In this document: positions 1 through 13,792 of the stretch, piece after piece | How the letters are laid out: each line of letters opens with the position of its first letter | How positions within the stretch are numbered: position 1 is the first letter of the stretch | NCBI GenBank assembly: GCA_051313645.2 | Contig: JBNRSN020000005.1 | Span: 196,106,001 to 196,170,000 of the forward strand | Source of the DNA: Centroscyllium fabricii | Lineage: Eukaryota | Reading direction: 5' to 3' | Length of the DNA: 64,000 bases | Position numbers and translations under genes: made by a program | The notes under the pieces: generated by a model | Told to the model about the DNA's origin: nothing | Seen by the model: the letters and a program-made list of their open reading frames with translations, nothing else | Databases searched by the model: none

Positions 1-2014
1 AGGGTGACTCAACCGTGGCTAACGAGGGAAATTAGGGATAACGTAAGATCCAAGGAGAGGGCATATAAATTGGCCAGAAAAAGCAGTAACTGTGGATTGG
101 AGCAGTTTAGGATTCAACAAAGGAGGACAAAGGGATTAATTAAGAAGAGGAAAATAGAATATGAAAGTAAACTTTCAGGGAACATAACAACTGACTGAGC
201 TTTTATAGATATGTGAAGAGAAAAAGATTAGTGAAATCAAGTGTAGGCCCTTTGCAGTCAGAAGCAGGGGAAGTTATAATGGGGAACAAAGAAATGCAGA
301 ACAATTAAAAGCATATTTTGGTTCTGTCTTCACAAAGGCGAACACAAATAACCTCCCAGAGATGTTGGAGAGCATAGGGTCTGATGAAAGGGAGGAACTG
401 AAAGAAATCCGTATTTGTAGGGAAATGGTGTTAGGGAAATTGACGGGATTAAAGGCCAATACATCCCCAGGGCCAGATAATCTACATCCTAGGGTACTTA
501 AGGAAGTGGCCCTAGAAATAGTAGATGCATTACTGATCATCTTTCAACATTTGCTGGAATCTGGAACTGTACCCATGGATTGGAGGGTAGCTAATGTTAC
601 CCCACTATTCAAAAAGGGTGGTAGAGAGTAAGCGGGGAATTACAGACTGGTAAGCCTGACATCGGTAGTGGGGAAAATGCTAGAGTCCATTATAAAGGAT
701 GTAATAGCTGAGCACTCGGAAAACAGTGACAGGATCGGACGAAAGGTAAATCATGCTTGACGAATCTACTGGAGTTTTTTGAGGATGTAACTGGGAAAAT
801 AGATAGTGGAGAACCAGTAGTATGGTGTATTTGGACTTTCAAAAGGCTTTTGATAAGGTCCCGCATAAGAGATTAGCGTGTAAAGTTAAAGCACATGGGA
901 TTGGGGGAAAGGTATTGACTTGGATAAAGAACTGGTTGGCGGACAGAAAGCAGAGTAGGAATTAACAAATCATTTTCCGAGTGGCAGGCAGTGACTAGTG
1001 GGGTACCGCAGGGATCGGTCCTTGGACCCCAGCTATTCACAATATACATTAATGATTTAGAAAAGGGAACTAAATGTAATGTCCAAGTTTGCAGATGACA
1101 CAAAGCTGGGAGGGCGTGTGTGCTGTGAGGAGGATACCAGGAAGCTCCAGGATGATTTGGACAGGTTGGGTGACTGGGCAGAAGCGTGGCAGATGCAATA
1201 TAACGTGGATAAATGCGAGGTTATCCACTTTGGTGTCAAAAACAGAAAGGCAGACTATTATCTGAATGGAAATAGATTGGGAGACGGGGAAGTGCAACGA
1301 GACCTGGGCGTTCTTGTGCACCAGTCGTTGAAGGTAAGCATGCAGGTGCAGCAGGCGGTGAAGAAGGTAAATGGTATGTTGGCCTTAAAGCGAAAGGGTT
1401 TGAGTACAGGAACAAGGATGTCCTGCAGTTGTACAGGGCCTTGGTGAGACCACACCTTGAGTACTGTGTGCAGTTTTGGTCACCTTATCTGAGGACGGAT
1501 GTTCTTGCCATGGAAGGAGTTCAGCGAAGGTTCACAAGGCTAATACCTGGGATGGCAGGGATAACGTATGAGGAGGGATTGGGTCGATTAGGCTTATACC
1601 CTCTGGAGTTTAGAAGAATGAGGGGGATCTCATCGAAACTTATAAAATTCTGACAGGTCTGGACAAACTAGACGCAGGAAGAAAGTTCCCGATGGTCGGA
1701 GAGCCCAGAACCGGGGGCACAGACTAAGGATAAGGGGTAGGCCATTCAGGACAGCGACAAGGAAGAATTTCTTCACCCAGAGAGTGGTGAACCTGTGGAA
1801 TTCTCTACCACAGAATGTAGTTGAGGCCAAGTCATTAAATATGTTCAAGAAGGAGTTCGATATAGTTCTAAGAGATAAAGGTATCAAGGGATATGGGGAG
1901 AAGGCAGGTACGGGGTACTGAGTTTGGATGATCAGCCATGATCTCATCGATTGGCGGAGCAGGCTCGAGGGGCCGAATGGCCTACTCCTGCTCCTATCTT
2001 CTATGTATGTATCT
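1..2014 (+). mobile_element. CR1 LINE, degenerate ORF2 and 3' end (runs off the window start)
   Basis: ORF fragments with [24 protein letters not shown] and RPHLEYCVQFW. 3' UTR ...GGCCTACTCCTGCTCCTAT followed by a CTATGTAT tail. Confidence 0.93.
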
Positions 2015-2326
2015 CTGCAGTTCAAAGAAAACGCATTTATTAGAAATGCATTTTATATTGATTGAGAATCGGTAAGTATTGCTTTTTAGGTACATCATTA
2101 CACATAGAATAATAGAAATTTCAATTCAGAAGGATGCATTTTGGCCCAGCATGCTTATGTTGATACTAGCTCTACAGTAGAGCTGTGTGCTCTAACTTGT
2201 TTCCCCATTACCTTTAATGTTTCTCATGTTTAATTTGCTCTTGAATGTCACAATTCACAATGTTTCAGTAGCTGTAATAGCATATTCCATATTCTAATAA
2301 CCATTTATGTGGAGAAAAATACTAAT

Positions 2327-5300
2327 ATAGAAACATAGAAGATAGGAGCAGGGGCAGGCCATTCGGCCCCTCGAGCCTGTTCCGCCATTTAATGAGATCA
2401 TGGCTGATCATCCAAATTCACTACCCTGTCCCTGCTTTCTCCCCATATCCCTTGATCCATTTAGCCTTAAGAAATATATCTAATGCCGCCTTGAATATAT
2501 TTAATGAATTGGCCTCAACTGCCTTCTGTGGTAGAGAATTCCACAGGTTCACCACTCTGGGTGAAGAAATTCCTCCTCATCTCAGTCCTAAATGGCTTAC
2601 CCCATATCCTTAGACTGTGACCTCTGATTCTGGACTCCCCCACCATCGAGAACATCCTTCCTGCATCTAATCTGTCTAGTCCTGTTAGAATTTTAAGTTT
2701 TAATGAGATCCCCTCTCATTCTTCTAAACTCTAGCGAATATAAGCCTAATCGACCCAAACTCTCCTCAAACGTCATTCCTGCCATCCCAGGTATCAGCCT
2801 GGTGAATCCTTTGTGCACTCCATGACGAGAACATCCTTCCCCAGATAAGGTGACCAAAACTGCATACAACACTCAAGCTGTGGTCTCACCAAGGCCCTGT
2901 ACAACTGCAGCAAAGCAGCCTTGCTCCTGTACTGGAATCCTCTCGCTATAATTTGCCTCCTTAACCGCCTGCTGCACCTGCATGCTTGCGACTGGTGCAC
3001 AAGGACACCCAGGTCTCGTTGCACTACCCTTTCCCCCAATCTATTGCTGTTCAGATAATCTGTCTTGCTGTTTTTGCCACCAAAGTGGATAACCTCGCAT
3101 TTACCCACATTGGGCAGATGCATGGCAAATGCAGTATAATCACCCAACCTGTCCAAATCATACTGGAGTTTCTCTGCATCCTCCACACACGCCCACCCAG
3201 CTTTGTGTCATCTGCAAATTTGGAGATATTACATCTAGTTCCCTCGTTTAGATCATTAATATATATTGTGAATAACTGGGGTCCAAGGACAGATCCCTGT
3301 GGTATCCCACTAGTCACTGCCTGCCACTTGGAAAGAGACCTGTATATTCCAACTCTATGCTTCCTGTCTGCCAGCCAGTTCTCTATCCAAGACAGTACCT
3401 TACCCCCAATCCCGTGTGCTTTACCTTTGCATGCTAATCTCTTATGCAGGACCTTATCGAAAGCCTTCTGGAAGTCCAAATACACCACATCCACTGGTTA
3501 TCCCTTATCTAATCTACCAGTTACATCCTCAAAAAATTCCAGTAGATTAGTCGAGTATGATTTATCTTTTGTAAATCCATGTTGACTTTGTCCGATCCTG
3601 TCACTGTTTTCCTAGTGCTCTGCTATTACATCTTTTATAATGGACTCTAGCATTTTCCCCACTACAGATGTCAGACTTATCGGTCTATAATTCCCCGTTT
3701 TCTCTCTTCCCACCTTTTTCAAATAGTGGGGTAACATTAGCTATCCTCCAATCCATGGGAACTGTTCCAGAGTCTATAGAATTTTGGAAGATGACCAGCA
3801 ATGCATCTACTATTTCTTGAGCCACTTCCTTAAGTGCCCTAGGATGTAGATTATCAGGCCCTGGGGATTTATCGGCCTTCAATCCCGTCAATTTCCCCAT
3901 CACCATTTCCTTATGTTCTTACAAATACTGATTTCATTCAATTCCTCCCTCTCATTAAACCCTATGTTCCCCAACGTCTCTGGGAGGTTATTTGTGTCCT
4001 CCTTTGTGAAGACAGAACCAAAGTATGTATTTAATTGGTCAGCCATTTCTTTGTTCCCCATTATAAATTCCCCTGATTCTGACTGCAAGGGACCTATGCT
4101 TGACTTCACCAATCTTTTTCTCTTCACATATCTACAGAAGCTTTTACGGTCAAATTTAATGTTTCCTGCAAGCTTACTCTCATAATCTATTTCCCCCTCT
4201 TAATTAATCCCTTTGTCCTCCTTTGCTGAATCCTAAAATGCTCCAATCCTCGGGTTTGCTGCTTTTTCTGGTCAAATTATATGTCCTCTCCTTGGATTTC
4301 ATGCTATCCCTAATTTCCCTTGTTAGCCATGGTTCAATCACCCTTTTCGTTTTATTTTTATGCCAAACAGGGATGAAGAAATTCTGTAGTTCATCCATGC
4401 GATCTTTACATGTTTGCCATTGCCTATCCAACGCCAACCCTTTAAGTAACGTTCCCCAATCCATCCTAGCCAACTCGTGCCTCATACCATCGTAGTTTCC
4501 TTTATTTAAATTCAAGACCCTAGTCTCTGAGTCAACTACTTCACTTTCCATTTTAATGAAGAATTCTATCCTATTATGATCGCTCCTCCCCAAGGGGCCT
4601 CACACAAGATTGCTAATTAATCCTTTCTCATTGCATAATACCCAGTCTAAAATGGCCTGATCTCTGGTTGGTTCCTCGTTATTGGTCCAGGAATCTATCC
4701 CGTATACACTCCAGGAATTCCTCCTCCACAGTTTTGTTACTAATTTGTTTATCCAATCTATATGTAGATTAAAGTCACCCATGATAACTGTTGTTCCCTT
4801 ATTGCACGTGTCTCTAATTTCCCGTTTAATGCCATCCCCAACCTCAGCATTACTGTTTGGGGGGTCTGTATACAATTCCCACTAATGTTTTCTGCCCCTT
4901 GGTATTTCGCAGCTCTGCCCATACAGATTCCACATCATCAGAGCGAATATGCTTCCTTACTATTGTGTTAATCTCCTCTTTAACCAGCAATGCTACCCCA
5001 CCTCCTTTTCCTTTTTGCCTGTCTTTCCTGAATATTGAACACCCCTGGATGTTGAGTTCCGAGCCTTGGTCACCCTGGAGCCATGTTTCCGTAACCTCAA
5101 TCATATCATATCAATTTGCATCTATTTGCGCAGCTAATTCATCCACCTTATTACAAATGCACCTTGCATTAAGACACAAAGCCTTCGGGCTTGATTTTGT
5201 AACACTTAGTCCTTTTAGAATTATTTGCTGTAGCCCTGTTTGGTTTGAACCCTTGATTTCTCTGCCTTCCACTTTTGCTTTTCTCCTTCCTGTCTTTTGT

Positions 5301-5640
5301 TTCTATCCTTGCTTCTCTTTCCTCTGTCTCCCTGCACAGGTTCCCAACCCCCTGCCATTTTAGTTTAAACCCTCCCCAACAACACTAGCAAACACTCCCC
5401 CTGGGACATCGTTCCGGTCCCGCCCAGGTGCCACCGCCCCCTGAACTGGTTCCAATGTCCCTGGAATTTGAATCCCTCCCCCTAGCACCATTCCTCTAGC
5501 CATGTATTCATCTGAAATATCCTTCTGTTTCTACTCTGACTAGCATGTGGCACTGGTAGCAATCCTGAGATTAGTACCTTTTTGAGATCCTATTTTTAAA
5601 TTTACATTCTAACTCCCTATATTCAGCTTTTAGGACCTCC
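2327..5640 (-). mobile_element. CR1 LINE, near-complete but disrupted ORF2 plus an ORF1 remnant
   Basis: Minus-strand APE motifs (TETWL, IMGDFN, GRSDHN), RT motifs ([13 protein letters not shown]) and a CR1 3' tail at about 2327-2420. Confidence 0.93.
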
Positions 5641-6741
5641 TCATCAATATATTAGATATCTGCAGAAACCTGTAACCTCTGTCTATCCCTGGTAATGATT
5701 TTTGTCAATGCAAACTTGTGTAAAATGATAGTTACCTTGAAGTTGGAAATATACAATAATCCACTCCAAAGTTGTGACTAAATAGCAAAGTGCAGTCTTA
5801 AGTTCAAAACGTGGACAAGTTGCATTAGTACATGGGATTCCATTGAAGACCTTTCCTTTGTGTCATTATTGCAATATGATTTTAAATTTACATGAAAACA
5901 ATTCAGTAGGTAGCAATATAATAGAAAAATCCTGTTATTTCAGTAGGTAGTTTCTAAGGCATCAGTTCCTCTGCAAACCTGTCAAAGAACACAGTTACAA
6001 TTTTACTACACCGAGCACACAGGAAATGTTGCTGCTCACAACAGTTAGATTTTAATGTTTCCACAAGAAAAGAGCATTTCCTTTTTTAAAGAAAAGTATT
6101 TTGCCTGACTTCCTTTTTGATTTATGCTGCCTAGCCTGCTCTCCGCTGACTAAAAATAATTCATAGTGCCCAGGGGGCTATTCTATTTACAGTAAGGAAA
6201 GATGAGGAACTGTGGTTCAGGATGTAACATTCTTAAAAGGTCATGAATTCTATGACTTTTCTCACTGCTTCTTTGTTGCTCCATCTCCTTTCCCCTGCCC
6301 AGAGTTGATCTGTGCATTACCTATGTTTTGTATAACTTTGGAAGATTGAAAGTACAGTTGGATGACTTTTTTTCTGTCTTTTATCTTTTTCTGGATTGAG
6401 GTGTATTTACTGAAAAGGTGATCACTCTGAAATTATGGAACTTGTTTATCTAAAGTAGAACTTGTGTAAGAACAAGCCGAGTAATACCTGAACCTAATCG
6501 AGGGTTTTCAAACAAGTTTGAGAGGGAGGAATAATTCTGTCTTTAGTTTACTTCAAGGTAACAAATGCTTAAAATGCATTCGACAGCTGACCAGGCTCGT
6601 ATTGCACATTTTAATGTATCTAACTGCTTGCAGTGTGCTTTGCAGAAAAGTTAATCAGAAACCTTGCTATCCAGATTGCAGGATATCTAGTGATCTGATT
6701 TTCAATGAAATGTGTAGATTCACTGATATAGATGGAAGAAA

Positions 6742-6938
6742 TGCATGCATTTTCCTGCTGCAGTTTCACAGCTTCACTGTCTTCTTTCCTGTCCTTCGCA
6801 TGATCTGCATGGTTTCTATCCTGCTGATCTGCCTTCACCTGGGTCCTGTGCATGTGTTCTAACCCCAGGGAGAAGGAATCATGTTGCTTACTACAACTGT
6901 TGCCCACCTGAAGGTAATGCACATAACTTAATTGCATG
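6742..6938 (+). promoter_or_regulatory. Cluster of RBFOX (UGCAUG) splicing elements around the 45-nt exon
   Basis: TGCATG occurs at 6742, 6806, 6849 and 6933, with an extra GCATG at 6798, all within about 200 nt of the exon. Confidence 0.7.
6869..6913 (+). CDS. AFDN: Afadin cassette exon, 45 nt (GRRNHVAYYNCCPPE), phase 1/1
   Basis: Boundaries are ccccag|GG...GAAG|gtaatg. The peptide resembles the mammalian afadin optional insert GRRNHFAYY...E that precedes DGSDSRDKPK, and it splices in phase to the exon at 16784. Confidence 0.85.
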
Positions 6939-9900
6939 CAGTATTTTTTTAAAACATCACTCTTGTGCACAGTTGAAGGAAAAGAGCTTTACATAGTAAG
7001 TATCAGATATTCAGTTTAAATGGATTTGTTGGTCAGTTTTTGGTTGAACTGCTGCACGCCATTCACCATTTCAAAATGCTTCTGTAATAAAAGGCTGCTT
7101 CTGAACGTGTTTATTTGAACGCCATAGTGGCAGTTTTAGCAAGTAACTTCAATGATCAGATCTGTGCATTAATGTTTTTGATCAGTTTTACTACAGAAGA
7201 GCATTTTGGTTCAGTTGTTTAAGCTAGTGAGTAACTGAACCAGAAAGATCAGGAAGGTTTGATGCCTAGCCTATAATCACTTAATTGCTGGGGTGACATT
7301 GGTGCTGTATTTGGTGCCTCTGATGACCACTTGGGCAAGGTACTGTATGGTGATCTGTATATGTGGAATCTTGCCTAAATAACAAATCAGTGCCTTCAAG
7401 AGGAGAAAATTTGCAAGAAAAGGATGCAGATTTAAATGATTAGATTTGGATGCTTACAAGCATTTAGAAAACTATCCAAATTTGAATTGACAGAACTATT
7501 TTAGTTTATTAAAGTTGCAGGCCAAATACAAAGGAACATTGGGCGTAACGAATAATGGTTAAAGCAAACCAGGCAGCTAGGAAAATCGTCAACACTTTCA
7601 GCTGGAGCCCACATAATTCTCCTTAATACTGCACTGGAGGTTCATTTAGTTTCTTCTTTGCAGCAGTTAGCAGCATTGTTGCATTTTGTGCATCACTGTT
7701 TGTCAGCATGTCATTAATTTTTGTCATGTGAATTTGAAATTCCTCCTTTTCACTGAAAATGCCTTTTTTCTCCTCGCACATCAGTTATAATGGGTGCTAC
7801 ATTGGCTGAAAATGTTGCTGACCTGTCTGATTCCATAGTCAAAAAATTATGATTTATGAATTCTGTCAGTAAAACCAACAGATGTGACTTCAGCGCTTTG
7901 AGATTAGATGTCTTGGGTCAAATTTAGATTAATCGCATGTTTCAGAAACTAATCTTAGAAGGGCAGGTTTGATTTTCTTTCCATAAACTTCTAAATTTTG
8001 CTTTTGTTTACTTTGCGATTAGGACTGACAAATATTTTATTCTCTGGGAAACGTAATCACCCTGTGGAGTGGTTGAATTTAGTGTGCACATTGTAACGCA
8101 GGCTAAGAAAACTTGCCCCATCTTTAATAAATGGGCATTCTAGATTCAGCAAAATAGTGTAGAAATACTTCACCCCAAAAAAGCCATCAATAGTTGGTTG
8201 CAGATAATTCCAATGAATCTGTTGTGTATGACATTTCCTTCTTAACCCTATATTGGCTTGTATTTAATTGCTTTTACATTTAATAGTTACTGTTGGAAGT
8301 GCTTTCTCTATAAAGTCCAGTGTTTTACATGTTTGGATGTCAAGCTAACAGGGCTATTGGCCTTTGTGTCATTCTGTATTCTATTCCTCATGGATAGTTA
8401 CTATGGATGTGAACTTCCAAAATTTCTAACACCCACTATTTCTATACTTTAATTTACCATGCCATCTAGACTTGGTTTATTATGAGCTTCGATTATTCCA
8501 GTTTCTTAGATCAGTATTCCCTTAAAATTGGATGCATCCTTCTGCATTTAAATCTATTTGAGAGTATTAAATACATCAGTAGTGAAAAATTGTCAGGGGT
8601 GGGGGGAAGAGATACTTCCTCATTCATATCCGTCACACATAGCAGGAGTAAGTCTGAATCATTGGGAAGAGTCAAAAGGGTGCAGTCTCTAAAATGTTAA
8701 CATCAGTAACCTCATGCCACCTGCACAATCCCTTCTGACATTTGCCATTGTCTCTCGGGGTTGGTGAACAGTTTTTTCCTTGTTGACAGAGTGCTTCACT
8801 TGTTGAGAAACCCTTCATTAAAGAATTTTGATCGGCAGCAAACATTAAAACTTCTTCAACCGTGGTAGTGACCAATGACTGTTGCCTAGCATCCAGATAT
8901 GAGAGAGAAGCTGTTGTGAGCTTTGTTTTTGAGGTTTGGCACTCAGCACCTGGGTCTGAACTATGGGGGTCATTCTACATGATTAAGTCAGACATAGGAG
9001 TTATTTGTGATGCTGATCCCTGGATGGTTTCTACTGCATGACCAATGATGTTCCTCTAATGTGGTGCTGATTGGTCCACTCAGACCTAGTTTAGTGTCAG
9101 CTGGCCCTGTGGGCTGCCATAACTTGATTTGTACCATTCTTTCTTCAGCCTTTTTGAGCATCAGTGCTTGTCAATGTTGAGGGAACAGCTTCTGTATTGA
9201 TTTGTAGTGGAGACAGTTAGTGCAGTTAAAGCTGAAGTAGGAGGCATGTGGATGGATGCCAGTCAGAACTAGTGTTCGTTTGTAATACCTAGATTGGTCA
9301 AAATCAGTGTTGCGCTCCAGCAAGTGTTGAGCATTTATCCTGGGGCATTGGTTCAATAGATGCTGTGTCTTTCAGTTTCCTATGTCCTAAGTGTCTCTCT
9401 AGGCTAGGCGAGCACCAAGATAAGCAGAATTGGGGAGGTATGGAGTCTATGATGGAGTGGATTATACAAAGTCTTTGAAATGAGTTTCATCTTGTGCTTA
9501 TGTTTTTTGCCTTCAAACCCACAAGATACTGGACTGTGCAGCAGTTACCTCTTTTTGGGGGGGGGGCAATGGCAGGGGTGAACATTGCAAAGCCGGGGTC
9601 AGGGAAAGTGCAGTGAATTGAAATTTTGAAGACTATGGGAATTATCTTCCGATAACTTGCGAAATCCTAAATGTGGAAAAGTGTTGGCAACTAAAATTAA
9701 GGGACTGCTTCACTTGGGTACCATAGCAGAGTTTCTGGGAGGCTAGGGAAGGGAGGCTTAAATAAAAATGATCTGAGATGACATTCTGCCCTTGACCAAT
9801 TGAACATATTGTACAAATTCTTCAAAAAGATCAAGGCTGCTTTGTTTCACTTCATTCAAGCATTCTGCCTCAGAGACTGCCTTGCAGCGAGCCCCAGGAT

Positions 9901-10553
9901 GTTTTGTTCTATTACAAATGTCCACTGCTCAAGACATTTGATATTTCATACTCACTAGATCATATGGTCTCTTTTCAGCCTTCCATTTGCCCCCACCACA
10001 GAAGTTCCCTGATGGGTCTACCATGCATATGCTGCAATCATGCACTGTCTGTAAATACAGATGGAATTATTGTCAGACCCTGTATGTCTGGAATCTTAAA
10101 AGGACATCTGTTAAACCATAAAACGACAAGGAAAGTCTAGAAGGTGTACTCTTTTTCTCTCCCCTGCCCCCTATTTTGTAGATCAAAAATCTACTGGCAA
10201 GAATCTTAATTTAAAAGAAACACTTCATTTTTTGAGCCACAGATAAGCATTGTGCAAGGTTGGGTGTGACCCCTACTAGGCTGCATTATTTACATTTTAA
10301 GTATCAATCAAGATTCTTAAATGGTAGATTTTTTCACTATAAAATAGAGGAGTCGTTTGAACAAAGAGTACCTTCCTTACACGATAAGTTTATCATCTTT
10401 AGTACCCTCAAACTAGTAACCACACAAATCAACAGTGCACACTTCAAAAGTAATTCAAAAGCAAAATACTGCGGATGCTGGAAATCTGAAATAAAAACAG
10501 AAAATGCTGGAAATACTCAGCAGGTCAGACAGCATCTGTGGAGAGAGAAACGG

Positions 10554-10589
10554 AGTTAACGTTTCAGGTCGATGACCCTTCGTCAGACT
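10554..10589 (-). ncRNA. Second minimal hammerhead copy in the left arm of the PLE
   Basis: The reverse complement reads CAGT-CTGACGA-AGGGTCATCGACCT-GAAACGTT-AACT. The core is intact, and stem I is weakened by a 1-nt deletion relative to the right-arm copy. Confidence 0.6.
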
Positions 10590-11465
10590 GGAAAAGGTTG
10601 GAGATGGAACAGGTTTATAAGCAAGTGTAGGGGCAGGGAGAGTGGGGAGTGGAGGAAAGAACAAAAGGGAAGGTCTGTAATAGGATGGAAGGCAGGAGAG
10701 ATTAAGAGACAAAAGGGATGATGGTGCGGGGCAAAAGGAGATGGTAATGGGACAAGTTAAGAAACAAAAGATTACTCTAGATGAGGTGTAAATATCACTG
10801 GCAAAATGATCGACAGCTGTGATGTGAGAATTTTATTTTACAAAAAGATAGGGGCAGATTATGGTCTGAAATGATTGAACTTAATGTTGAGTCCAGAAGT
10901 GCCTAATCGAAAGATGAGCTGCTGTTCCTCAAGCTTACATTGAGCTTCATTGAAACAGTGCAAGAGGCCGAGGACTGAGTGGGAGTGGAGCAGAAGTAAG
11001 GGTGATCCCAAGCTTCCGGTCGCCTGTCACTTTAATTCTCCGCTCCATTCCCACTCTGACCTCTCCGTCCTCGGCCTTTTACACTGTTTCAATGAAGCTC
11101 AGCGTAAGCTCGAGGAACAGCACCTCATCTTTCGATTAGGCACTTTATAGCCTTCTGGACTCAACATAAGAGTTCAACAATTTCAGATAATAACGTCTGC
11201 CCCTATCTTTTTGTAAAAAAACCTTTTTCTCATCACAGCTGTCTTTCATTCTGCCAGTGCTATTCACACTTCAGCTGGAGTCATCTTTTGTTTCTTAACT
11301 TGTCCCATTACCACCTCCTTTTGCCTTGCACTATCATCCCTTTTGTCTCTTAATCTCTCCTGCCTTCCATCCTATCACAGACCTTCCCTTTTGTTCTTTC
11401 CTCCCCTCCCCCCTTTCTCTGCCCCTACACTTGCTTAAAAACCGGTTCCATCCCCAAACTTTTCC

Positions 11466-11502
11466 AGTTCTGACGAAGGGTCATCAACCTGAAACGTTAA
11501 CT
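11466..11502 (+). ncRNA. Minimal (Penelope-type) hammerhead ribozyme
   Basis: AGTT-CTGACGA-AGG(gtcatcaa)CCT-GAAA-CG-TT-AACT gives stem I AGUU/AACU, intact CUGANGA and GAAA cores, stem II, and a loop-less palindromic stem III (AACGUU). Confidence 0.75.
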
Positions 11503-12046
11503 CCGTTTCTCTCTCCACAGATGCTGTCTGACCTGCTGACTCTTTCCAGCGTTTTCTGTTTTTACTTCAAAAGTAATTCATTGGCTTTAAAGCATTTTGG
11601 GAATTCCTGAGGTGTGAAAAACACTCTGGAAATTTAAATAATGAATTGTGTTGCATATGGCCCTTTTGTTGTGTGAAGCTGATGAGCTAGTTTGCAAGCC
11701 TTGGCAATGAAATCACCATAATAGCGAGAAAATTAAAATGAATCCCCTCATCATAAATTCCCATACAATGTTGTGTCCTTAGAAATGTTTCTTTGGTATC
11801 TGTGACCTTGCTGGCCTCCATGGGTTTAGTTGTCAAATTAAAACACAATATCCACTAGAATTCACCTCCACATTAATGTTCAAACAAATACTAGTGGATT
11901 TTCTTTGGCTTTGCCCACAGAAAGTCAGAACAAAGCGAATTTCCCCGAGAATATTGGTGATGCCACAGGTGTAAGTATAGGGTTTTGAAGCTCCATCTAG
12001 TGGTAGAAGCATGCAGTGTGACTGTCACCGAGTTGTGGAAGGTGGT

Positions 12047-13677
12047 ACATAGATACATAGATACATAGATGATAGGAGCAGGAGTAGGCCATTCGGCCCT
12101 TCGAGCCTGCTCCGCCATTCAATGAGATCATGGCTGATCCTTCAGTTCAGTATCCCGTCCCTGCCTTCTCTCCGTAACCTTTAACCCCTTTTGCCTGCAG
12201 AAATATATCTAATTCCCTCTTAAATATGTTTAATGAGCTGGCGTCCACTGCCCTCTGTGGCAGTGAGTTCCACAGGTTCACCACTCTCTGGGTGAAGAAA
12301 TTCCTCCTCATCTCTGTCCTAAATGGTTTAGCCCTTATCCTTAAACTGTGTCCCCTAGTTCTATACTCTCCTGCCATCGGAAACATTCCTTCTGCATCTA
12401 GTCTGTCCAGGCCTGTCAGAATTTTATATGTTTCTATGAGATCCCCTCTCAATCTTCTAAACTCCAGTGTGTACATCCCCAAACTGCATAGTCTCTCCTC
12501 ATAGGTCATTCCTGCCATTCCTGCCATTCCTGGTATCAGCCTGGTGAATCGCCGCTGCACTCCTTCCATGGCAAGAACATCCTTCCTCAGATGAGGCGAC
12601 CAAAACTGCACACAGTACTCGAGGTGTGGTCTCACCAGTGCCCTGTACAGCTGTAGTAAGGTGTCCTTGTTCCTGTATTCTAACCCTTTTGATATGAAGG
12701 CCAGCATACCATTTGCCTTCCTGACCGCCTGTTGCACCTGCATGCTCGCCTTCAATGACTGGTGCACAAGAACACCCAGGTCTCGCTGTACTTCCCCATC
12801 TCCCAATCTATTGCCATTTAAATAATAATTTGCCCTCCCGTTTTTGCCCCCAAGGTGGATAACTTCACACTTATCCACATTATAGTGCATTTGCCATGTA
12901 TCTGCCCAGTCCCCCAATTTGTCCAAATCGCTCTGGAGCTTCCTGATCCCCTCCTCTGAGCCTACCCCCCCCTCCTAGTTTAGTGTCGTCTGCGAATTTG
13001 GAGATGCTGCATCCGATTCCCTGATCTAGGTCATTAATATAAATTGTGAACAGCTGGGGACCCAGAACAGATCCCTGAGGTACCCCACTTGTTACTGCCT
13101 GCCATTCAGAAAATGAGCCGTTTATTCCAACTCTCTGTTTTCTATCTGCCAGCCAGTTCTCTATCCACGTCAATACTTTTCCCCTTATCCCATGCGCCTT
13201 GATTTTACATGCTAATCTTTTATGTGGGACCTTATCGAAGGCTTTTTGGAAGTCCAGGTACACCACATCTACTGGCTCTCCCCCATCTATTTTACCAGTT
13301 ACTTCCTCAAAGAATTCCAACAGATTCGTCAAGCACGATTTACCTTTTGTAAATCCATGTTGACTCTGTCCTATCCTGTCCCCATTTGCCAAGTGCTCTG
13401 CTATTACATCCTTAATGATGGACTCCAACATTTTGCCCACCACCGATGTAAGGCTTACAGGTCTGTAATTACCCGCTTTCTCCCTACCCCCCTTTTTAAA
13501 CAGTGGGGTAACGTTAGCTACCCTCCAATCCATGGGCACTGTTCCCGAGTCTATCGAATTCTGGAAAATTATCCTTAACGCCTCTGCTATCTCTAGGGCC
13601 ACCTCCTTGAGTACCCTAGGATGCATGTTATCAGGCCCTGGGGATTTGTCAGCCTTTAGTCCCTTTAGCTTCCCCAA
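12047..13677 (-). mobile_element. CR1 LINE, 5'-truncated, relatively young
   Basis: Two long ORFs (265 aa and 259 aa) are separated by one frameshift in a G/C run near 12965. The tail is (CTATGTAT)n. Confidence 0.95.
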
Positions 13678-13792
13678 GTGGTGACATGCATAGCAATTTA
13701 ATATTCTAAATTAAAGTTTAGCAAATTTTTGTGTAGAACATTTGAGTGTTAATCAAAAGAATTGGTTTAGAGAATTTACTGTAAAGAACATT

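Larger units (their letters stand above)
10458..11563. mobile_element. Penelope-like element remnant: two 3' ends in inverted orientation (about 1.1-kb palindrome)
   Basis: ORF 10950..11150 ends with the C-terminus of a PLE GIY-YIG endonuclease (PVACHFNS...EEQHLIFRLGTL). The left arm is the reverse complement of the right arm. A 17-bp direct repeat ACTTCAAAAGTAATTCA flanks it at 10441-10457 and 11564-11580. Confidence 0.85.

Noticed and set aside
2986-3585. Long ORFs antisense to CR1 ORF2 (several in the window)
   Set aside because: They are shadow frames of the retrotransposon coding strand.
7205-7340. Very old tRNA-SINE-like head
   Set aside because: It is too degenerate to support from the sequence alone.
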